Shown here in pieces: positions 55,394 to 61,199 of a DNA stretch of 61,199 nucleotides; the stretch's first letter is position 1, and every line of letters begins with the position of its first letter. Source of the DNA: Acidimicrobiia bacterium (lineage in GTDB: Bacteria > Actinomycetota > Acidimicrobiia > Spongiisociales > DATADW01); the NCBI GenBank assembly GCA_036258335.1, contig DATADW010000083.1:1-61199 (forward strand), written 5' to 3'. A program made the translations under genes and the position numbers. The notes under the pieces were generated by a model, which worked only from the letters and a program-made list of their open reading frames with translations, ran no database searches and was not told the DNA's origin.

Positions 55394-56656
55394 TCAGCCC
55401 GTCGCCAACGAGGCCAATTGGCGGTGAAGCTGCCGCTCCTGGGCGAACAAGTCACTAACCGACCGGCCCCGGGCGGCGTGAGGGCTCTTGAAGAAGAACC
55501 CGAGCCAGTCCTGGACGCCGGTTCCGCCACGACGAGCGGCCAGGTCGAGCAGAAGCGCCAGATCCAGCACTATCGGAGCCGCCAGGATCGAGTCCTTGCA
55601 CAGAAAGTCGATCTTGATCTGCATCGGGTACCCCATCCAACCGAATAGGTCGATGCTGTCCCATCCCTCTTTGTCGTCGCCACGAGGTGGGTAGTAGTTG
55701 ATTCTCACCTGATGGTGGATGTCGCCATAGAGTTCGGGGTGTCGCTCGGGGAGGAGGATGTCCTCCAGAACGCCCAGCTTCGACACCTCCTTTGTGCGGA
55801 AGTTGGCCGGATCGTCCAGCACTTCGCCGTCGCGATTCCCCAGGATGTTGGTGCTATACCACCCACTGAGCCCGAGAACCCGGGCGCGCAGCGCGGGGGC
55901 GATGGCGGTCTTGATCATCGTCTGGCCCGTTTTGAAGTCCTTGCCGGCAATAGGCACCCCGTTTCGCTCCGCCAACCGGCGTAGCGCCGGGATCTCGGCG
56001 GTGAGGTTTGGTGCTCCATTGGCAAATGGAACACCGGTGCGGAGGGCGGCATAGGCGTAGATCTGGCTGGGAGCGATGCTTGGATCGCTCTCCTTGAGCC
56101 CGCGTTCGAAGGCGTCCAACGATTGGTGGACGGGACCGGGCTCGGAGAAGGCCTCTGTGCTGGCGCACCAAACCATGACCAGTCGGCTGCACGAGTTGAT
56201 GGCGGAGAACCGCTCGATGTCTTCCATCACCTGCTCAGCAAGGTCCATCAGGTTGGCCCCGGTCTTGACGTTGTCGGTCCTCTCGAGCCGGCTTACCCAA
56301 GCAGGGTCGAAGACGGCCGGCATCGGCTCTATTGCCTCGAGCGTTGGTCTGGCTGCGTCGAGGTCCTCCGAGCCGAGGACTCCGGCGCGCCGCGCCGCCT
56401 GATAGCCGTTGTCGCTGTACGGATCCCAGACGCCGAAGACGAGGTCGGGGAGGCTGGCGAGATCGAGCGCATCGGCGATCCGGCCAAGATCCTCACCGTT
56501 CTCGGATTGCAGGTGCCCGAGCTGGGTGAGCGACCCGACCGGCACCCTCCGTCGACGACTGACCGCGTCCACACCGGCGATGAACGTGGTGGTGACAGCG
56601 CCCAACCCCGGGGTGAGGACGCCGAGCGGACCCCGCAGAGATGTCGAGTCGGTCAC
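55394..56656 (-). CDS. ino1: inositol-3-phosphate synthase
   Basis: AGGAGG-cacc-GTG at 56656. Contains KTGQTMIKT, NILGNRDG and SIDLFGWMGYPMQIKIDFLCKDSILAAP. Confidence 0.9.
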   Translation of the reverse strand: MTDSTSLRGPLGVLTPGLGAVTTTFIAGVDAVSRRRRVPVGSLTQLGHLQSENGEDLGRIADALDLASLPDLVFGVWDPYSDNGYQAARRAGVLGSEDLDAARPTLEAIEPMPAVFDPAWVSRLERTDNVKTGANLMDLAEQVMEDIERFSAINSCSRLVMVWCASTEAFSEPGPVHQSLDAFERGLKESDPSIAPSQIYAYAALRTGVPFANGAPNLTAEIPALRRLAERNGVPIAGKDFKTGQTMIKTAIAPALRARVLGLSGWYSTNILGNRDGEVLDDPANFRTKEVSKLGVLEDILLPERHPELYGDIHHQVRINYYPPRGDDKEGWDSIDLFGWMGYPMQIKIDFLCKDSILAAPIVLDLALLLDLAARRGGTGVQDWLGFFFKSPHAARGRSVSDLFAQERQLHRQLASLATG

Positions 56657-56707
56657 GGTGCCTCCTGGAACGACGGGTGGGATGCGGGGCAAGGTAAGTG
56701 GACGCCA

Positions 56708-56736
56708 GTGATTATGCAAACTGATTAAAGTGATTC
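56708..56736. promoter_or_regulatory. AT-rich operator-like segment with TGATT repeats and a TTA-N11-TAA dyad
   Basis: GTGATTA at 56708, CTGATTA at 56721 and GTGATTC at 56730. TTA-N11-TAA spans 56712-56728. It lies between the divergent ino1 and LysR starts. Confidence 0.35.
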
Positions 56737-56754
56737 TTAGAAGAAGTATTACTT

Positions 56755-57624
56755 ATGAATTCCGACCATCCCAAATCGCTGTCCTCGGTGCGGATCCACC
56801 ACCTTGCCTACCTGAAGGCGGCGGTTGAGGCACCGAATTGGACGGCAGCGGCGGATCTGCTGAACGTCACCCAGTCGGCCATCTCCCAAGGCATAGCCCA
56901 GTTGGAAAGGACCATTGGGGTCCCCCTGTTCATCCGCTCCGGCCGGCGCCGGGTGCTCACCGACGACGGCGCCGAGGTGCTGCGATTCGCCGCCACCGTC
57001 CTCGCCGAGGCTGAGCGTTTGGAGCGCCGCCTCGACCAGCGCCGCCACGGCTTGGCCGGGACACTGCGGGTGGGGATGATCGACGCCGCCGGCCTCTATC
57101 TGTTCCCCACGGCGGTGAGCGAGTTCCGCGATCAGCAGCCACAGACCGAGCTCCGATTGGTGATCGACAACAGCGAGGTCCTGCTCGACATGATGCGACG
57201 TGGGTCGCTCGACCTGGCTGTGGTTGTCGCCCCGGCTGACGGCGTCGATTCCGAGGAGATTCTCGCCGAGCCTTTGTTCGTCTACGCCGGGCGGGGCATC
57301 AGGGGCGGCCCCGGGCCAGGCGCCCAGTGGGCTCTCTACCCGGAGGGCTCGCACACCAGGGCGGCGATCGACGACGGGTTCGCTCGGCTGGGGTTACGGC
57401 CGGTGGTTGTGGCGGAGAGCCCCAACCCATCGGTGCTTCGGCAGATGGCTGACCTCGGACTCGGGTGGACGGTGCTCCCTCCGGCTGTCGCTGAACAAGG
57501 CCCCAAGCCACTCCGCCGTTGGGGTGACGCCATCGCGGCGCGCAAGCTGCTCGCCGTCCACCACCCCGGCGGCCCCGATGCCCGCAGCGCTCGTCTCCTC
57601 GCGATGATTCGTAAAGTCGACTAG
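56755..57624 (+). CDS. LysR-family transcriptional regulator
   Basis: HTH LNVTQSAISQGIAQLERTIGVPLF plus a periplasmic-binding-protein-like effector domain. Confidence 0.85.
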   Translation: MNSDHPKSLSSVRIHHLAYLKAAVEAPNWTAAADLLNVTQSAISQGIAQLERTIGVPLFIRSGRRRVLTDDGAEVLRFAATVLAEAERLERRLDQRRHGLAGTLRVGMIDAAGLYLFPTAVSEFRDQQPQTELRLVIDNSEVLLDMMRRGSLDLAVVVAPADGVDSEEILAEPLFVYAGRGIRGGPGPGAQWALYPEGSHTRAAIDDGFARLGLRPVVVAESPNPSVLRQMADLGLGWTVLPPAVAEQGPKPLRRWGDAIAARKLLAVHHPGGPDARSARLLAMIRKVD

Positions 57625-58067
57625 TGGAAGCGATGGGTCCGCTCGAGCCGGCAATAGAAGTGGCGATCCTCGCCGACGCTGTCCAGGCCGCAGCCGGAAA
57701 GCTCTACGTGCTTGGCGGCGGTTGGGACACCCTGCTCGTGCCGCGGTTCCCGGCGCGGCACAGCATCGGGATCGGAGTCAAGGTCCGTGTGCCATGGACG
57801 CTCACCGGTGAGGACTTCACCCTCGCTGTCGAGCTCCAGGACGAGGACGGACGACCTGTGCCCAATGCAGCCAGGCTCCGCCATGCCTTTCGTGCCGGGC
57901 GACCCAACCATCACCCCGAGGGGATCGACGTGAGCGTGGTGCGGGCCCTCACCTTCGCCAACGTGCCCCTCCCCGCTCCAGGGGGATATGCCTTCTCGGT
58001 CCTCCTCGGCGACATCGAGCGGGCACGGCTCAGTTTCCGGGTGATCGCCAGGCCGAAGAGAAGCTGA
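57624..58067 (+). CDS. hypothetical protein
   Basis: AILADAVQAAAGKLYVLGGGWDTLLVPRFPARHSIGIGVKVRVPW...PAPGGYAFSVLLGD. I recall the family name as DUF6941 but am unsure. The start may be ATG 57633. Confidence 0.55.
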   Translation: MEAMGPLEPAIEVAILADAVQAAAGKLYVLGGGWDTLLVPRFPARHSIGIGVKVRVPWTLTGEDFTLAVELQDEDGRPVPNAARLRHAFRAGRPNHHPEGIDVSVVRALTFANVPLPAPGGYAFSVLLGDIERARLSFRVIARPKRS

Positions 58068-58068
58068 G

Positions 58069-58089
58069 GACGGAAGGCCGAAGACGAAA
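58069..58089 (+). repeat. heptamer array (gacggaa ggccgaa gacgaaa)
   Basis: Read directly. It runs into the AGGAGGG Shine-Dalgarno of the ABC ATPase gene. Confidence 0.75.
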
Positions 58090-58097
58090 GGAGGGCC

Positions 58098-59018
58098 GTG
58101 GCTGTCGTCGAGGTTCGGGGGCTGAAGAAGTCCTATGGCGACGTGGTTGCCCTGGGTGGCATCAACCTCGAGGTTGCGCCGGGTGAGGTGGTGGCCATGC
58201 TGGGCCCCAATGGCGCCGGGAAGACCACGACGATCGAGATCCTCGAGGGCTTTCGCACCCCAGACGCCGGGGCGGTCACGGTGCTCGGGTCGGAGCCTGT
58301 TGCCGGTGGGCGGTCGTTCCGCGACAGGATCGGGATCGTCCTCCAGTCGAGCGGGATCGAAGGCGCGCTGACCGTCGAGGAATCGCTCACCATGTACTCG
58401 CGCTACTACAGCGCGCCCCGCCCGCCCGACGAGGTGATTGAGCTCGTCGGGCTCGGCGAGAAGCGGGGTGGTCGCGTCGCCACGCTCTCGGGGGGCCAGC
58501 GCCGCCGACTCGATCTTGCCCTCGGAATCCTGGGAGCACCCGAGCTGCTGTTCCTCGACGAGCCCACCACCGGGTTCGATCCCGTTGCCCGTCGCCATGC
58601 CTGGGAGCTGATCGATCAGCTCAGCAAAACCGGGACCACGATCTTGCTCACCACCCACTACCTGGAGGAGGCACAGCGACTCGCCGACCGGGTGGTCGTG
58701 ATCGATCGGGGCGTGATCGTGGCCCAGGGAGACCCGGCGACCCTGGGCGGACGGGACACGGCTCGCGCAGTCATCGTCTTCCGGCTGCCCGAGGGGGTCT
58801 CGGTTGATGGCATTCCCAACGCAGGGTCGATCGAGGTCTCCGATCGCACGGTGACGCTCACCACCGACCAACCGACCGCCGCTCTGCACGAGCTGACCCG
58901 GTGGGCGCTCGAGAGAGGAAGGGAGCTCGAGGGTCTCGAGGTGAAGCGGCCGACGCTCGAGGACGTCTACCTGCGTCTGGTGGACCGTCAACCGGACGGC
59001 GAATCGGTGGAGACATGA
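58098..59018 (+). CDS. ABC transporter ATP-binding protein (ABC-2/DrrA type)
   Basis: GPNGAGKTT, LSGGQRRR and LLFLDEPTTGFD. Confidence 0.9.
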   Translation: MAVVEVRGLKKSYGDVVALGGINLEVAPGEVVAMLGPNGAGKTTTIEILEGFRTPDAGAVTVLGSEPVAGGRSFRDRIGIVLQSSGIEGALTVEESLTMYSRYYSAPRPPDEVIELVGLGEKRGGRVATLSGGQRRRLDLALGILGAPELLFLDEPTTGFDPVARRHAWELIDQLSKTGTTILLTTHYLEEAQRLADRVVVIDRGVIVAQGDPATLGGRDTARAVIVFRLPEGVSVDGIPNAGSIEVSDRTVTLTTDQPTAALHELTRWALERGRELEGLEVKRPTLEDVYLRLVDRQPDGESVET

Positions 59019-59824
59019 GACCGGGGTGGAGGCTGCTCGTAGGTCAGATTGGTTGGGAGTGGCGCATCTTCTGGCGCATCCCCATATCCGCCTTCTTCAC
59101 TTTCGTCTTTCCATTGATGCTTCTTGTTCTCCTCAATCTGCTCTTCTCCGGCTCCACCTTCGGCGAGGGGACAGGGGTTGCCTTCGCTCAGGGATTCACC
59201 CCGGCGATCGCGGTGTTCGCCCTGGTCACGTCGTGTTACACCAGCCTGGCGATCGGGACCGCCATTTCGCGGGACGAGGGGGTTCTCAAGCGGGCATGGG
59301 GCACGCCGCTGCCGAGGTGGGCCTATCTAGGGGGGCGGATCGGGGCCACGGTGGTGATTGGGCTGTTCTCGGTGGCGGTGATGTTCGTGGTCGGCGTCGT
59401 GTTCTACGACGTAGTCATCCCGTGGGGTCGCGTTCCGGTAATCGTCTTGTTGCTCGTGGTGGGAGCAGCCTGTTTCTCAGCGCTCGGGGTGGCTGTGGCA
59501 GGTTTGACGCCGAATGGTCAGGCAGCGCCTGCGATTGCCAACGCCACGTTGCTTCCGCTTGCCTTCATCTCCGGGGTGTTCTTCCCATTGAGCTTTGCTC
59601 CCGCCTGGCTGAGCACCATTGCGAGCATCTTCCCCTTGCGACCCATGGTCGAGTCAGTCAGCGAGCAATTCAACCCGGCGGCGACTCCGGTCTTTCCCTG
59701 GCCCGAGATCGGCGTGATGGTGGCGTGGGGTGTGCTCGGCGTGCTGCTAGCGGCGCGCTTCTTCACCTGGGAGCCAAGGGCAGGTGGGGCCCGGCGCCGG
59801 CGGGGCGCTCCCGAAGCCGCGTGA
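59015..59824 (+). CDS. ABC-2 type transporter permease
   Basis: 6-TM protein. ATGA overlap with the ATPase stop. Confidence 0.8.
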   Translation: MRPGWRLLVGQIGWEWRIFWRIPISAFFTFVFPLMLLVLLNLLFSGSTFGEGTGVAFAQGFTPAIAVFALVTSCYTSLAIGTAISRDEGVLKRAWGTPLPRWAYLGGRIGATVVIGLFSVAVMFVVGVVFYDVVIPWGRVPVIVLLLVVGAACFSALGVAVAGLTPNGQAAPAIANATLLPLAFISGVFFPLSFAPAWLSTIASIFPLRPMVESVSEQFNPAATPVFPWPEIGVMVAWGVLGVLLAARFFTWEPRAGGARRRRGAPEAA

Positions 59825-59826
59825 GA

Positions 59827-60312
59827 TCACAGGTACACGCCGGGATAGGACCTCTGCTCTTCCTCGGTGTCCGCCGGCCCCTGCAGCGCCCTCTGCTGAT
59901 GTAGTTGCTGGAGTTGCGCCTGTGCCGCCGCCTGTTGGCTCCACAGACTCGCCTGGATCCCGTGGAAGACACCCTCCAACCAACCGACCAACTGGGCCTG
60001 GGCCACCCGCAGTTCCGACTCGCTCGGCACCTCGTTACGAATCGGGATGAACATCTCGTCGAATTCGTCGAGCAGCTCCGGAGAGAGGATCTCTCTCAGC
60101 TCCGTCAGCGTCCGCTCGTGTATCTCGAGGAGCCGGCGGCGCCCGGCGTCGTCGAGCGGTGCCTGACGGACCTCGTCGAGCATCGCCCGTGTCATCGAGG
60201 CGATCCGGATCAGCTTGGTCGGCTGGCTTACCGGAGGGGCGGAGCCGCGCTGGGCAGGAGCCGGCACCTCCACCGCGTCTGGCGTTTCGGCGTTCTGAGC
60301 GTCGTCGGGCAT
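59827..60312 (-). CDS. bpa: bacterial proteasome activator Bpa/PafE
   Basis: KLIRIASMTRAMLDEVRQAPLD and RVAQAQLVGWLEGVFHGIQ match the family. The C-terminal GVYL sits in place of the mycobacterial GQYL 20S-docking motif. Confidence 0.85.
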   Translation of the reverse strand: MPDDAQNAETPDAVEVPAPAQRGSAPPVSQPTKLIRIASMTRAMLDEVRQAPLDDAGRRRLLEIHERTLTELREILSPELLDEFDEMFIPIRNEVPSESELRVAQAQLVGWLEGVFHGIQASLWSQQAAAQAQLQQLHQQRALQGPADTEEEQRSYPGVYL

Positions 60313-60608
60313 GCTCCTCCTCGTCCCGGATGAGGGTAGGTGCTGCGCCCTCACTGGAGCGCCAACGGTGCGGCTGTGCACGCCGACTCATTGGAAAGTG
60401 TTGCGCTATGATGTAGACTATCGCCGAGTACCTCCGGAGGATTGGTCCCATCGGGTTCCACCTCCTCCGGGGCACCGTGAACCGGACGGTGGATGGCCGC
60501 TCATAGCGGTGGAAGATGCGATGTGGCCGGGGGATGGGGGGTCCGCATTGCTGGGCCGTCCGCGGCGTGCATGGCACGCGGGGACTGGAGGAAGGACGCA
60601 GAATCGAG

Positions 60609-60848
60609 ATGGATGCCAACGATTACCCGCCGATCCTCGACGCAGCCCACGTCTCAGAGCTGCTCGGGATGAACGTGCAGATGGTCCGCAAGTACGCCCG
60701 CGAGGGCAGGATCCCGGCATACCGTCTCCCTGGAGGTCGGACGTTCCGCTTCTTCCGTGACGAGATCTTCGGGTTCCTCCGCGAGCACCCGGTCGTCGAA
60801 AGCGTGGACGGCACGGCCAAGCTTCAAACCGCCTCCGAAACCGGCTGA
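60609..60848 (+). CDS. excisionase/MerR-like HTH DNA-binding protein
   Basis: ILDAAHVSELLGMNVQMVRKYAREGRIPAYRLPGGRTFRFFRDEI fits the HTH_17 pattern. Confidence 0.7.
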   Translation: MDANDYPPILDAAHVSELLGMNVQMVRKYAREGRIPAYRLPGGRTFRFFRDEIFGFLREHPVVESVDGTAKLQTASETG

Positions 60849-60859
60849 CCCGGGAACGC

Positions 60860-61199
60860 ATGCCGCCCGGGAGCTGGGAGACCCACCCCGATCTGCGGAA
60901 GCTCCGACGTGAGACCGATCGGGAGTTCCGTGAGGAGGCAGCTGCCGAGGAGGCGGATGCCGCCCAACTCCTGCTGCGCAACCGCACGCTGGCCGACGCC
61001 GCCTTCGAATCCATGGTGCGCGGCGACGAGGTCACCCTGGCCGCCGGTGGGCGTGAGTGGGGCGGTCGGCTAGTCGAGGCCGCGGGTGATCTGACCGTGG
61101 TCGACACGGGCTCCCAACACGTATCCATCAGTTTGTCGGCGCTGCGCTGGTTGCGTATCGATGCAAGGGGACGGGGAGACGGCCACCGCAGCGGCGGGT
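60860..61199 (+). CDS. hypothetical protein (5' part, runs off the window)
   Basis: Not in the track because it has no stop. ATG 60860 opens MPPGSWETHPDLRKLRRETDREFREEAAAEEADAAQLLLRNRTLADAAFESMVRGDEVTLAAGG. The opposing 236-aa ORF is an Arg/Ser/Pro-rich shadow. Confidence 0.45.
   Translation, partial: MPPGSWETHPDLRKLRRETDREFREEAAAEEADAAQLLLRNRTLADAAFESMVRGDEVTLAAGGREWGGRLVEAAGDLTVVDTGSQHVSISLSALRWLRIDARGRGDGHRSGG
61163..61184 (+). repeat. heptamer array (gcaaggg gacgggg a gacggcc)
   Basis: Read directly. It resembles the gcaaggg gacggcg gacggca gacggcc segment at 52453-52480. Confidence 0.7.

Noticed and set aside
60609-61199. Whether the excisionase-family HTH marks the edge of a prophage or integrative element.
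   Set aside because: No integrase, recombinase, tRNA target, att-like direct repeats or phage genes are visible in the window. Such stand-alone HTH proteins are common chromosomal regulators.

Overview
High-GC, very gene-dense chromosomal segment. Gene content points to Actinomycetota: Bpa/PafE proteasome activator, MhuD-type haem oxygenase, fused TreS-maltokinase, OtsAB, an LLM-class F420-type oxidoreductase and inositol-3-phosphate synthase. I support about 65 protein-coding genes. Several are absent from the ORF track because they are truncated or shorter than 60 aa. I found no rRNA, tRNA, CRISPR array, transposase or integrase. Main blocks, left to right: (1) central-carbon regulators and enzymes (aceK, a CGNR regulator, a PatA-type lysine acetyltransferase, ppdK translationally coupled to a Rieske oxygenase, ldhA). 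(2) A tightly coupled ABC-F / arfB / GH13 / otsA / otsB string that converges on thioesterase, ACT and treS-pep2. (3) A divergon of two imelysin lipoproteins and a di-haem protein opposite HTTM and mhuD, with an IdeR/DtxR-like box in the shared promoter. (4) A split reductive pyrimidine / beta-alanine catabolic island. It contains a tandem HD-GYP/LuxR regulator, and three promoters there share a roughly 45-bp promoter-operator block. (5) Membrane transport and housekeeping genes (AI-2E, YihY, ZIP, MscS, mogA, FCY1-type cytosine deaminase, CaCA-like). (6) ino1 with a divergent LysR regulator, an ABC-2 exporter, bpa and an excisionase-type HTH. The signal that gene models do not explain is a dispersed family of 7-bp tandem arrays, unit GACGGNA. 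It occurs at eight or more gene boundaries, twice as inverted pairs, and twice runs into coding sequence. All family names come from motif recognition by eye and memory; no searches were run.
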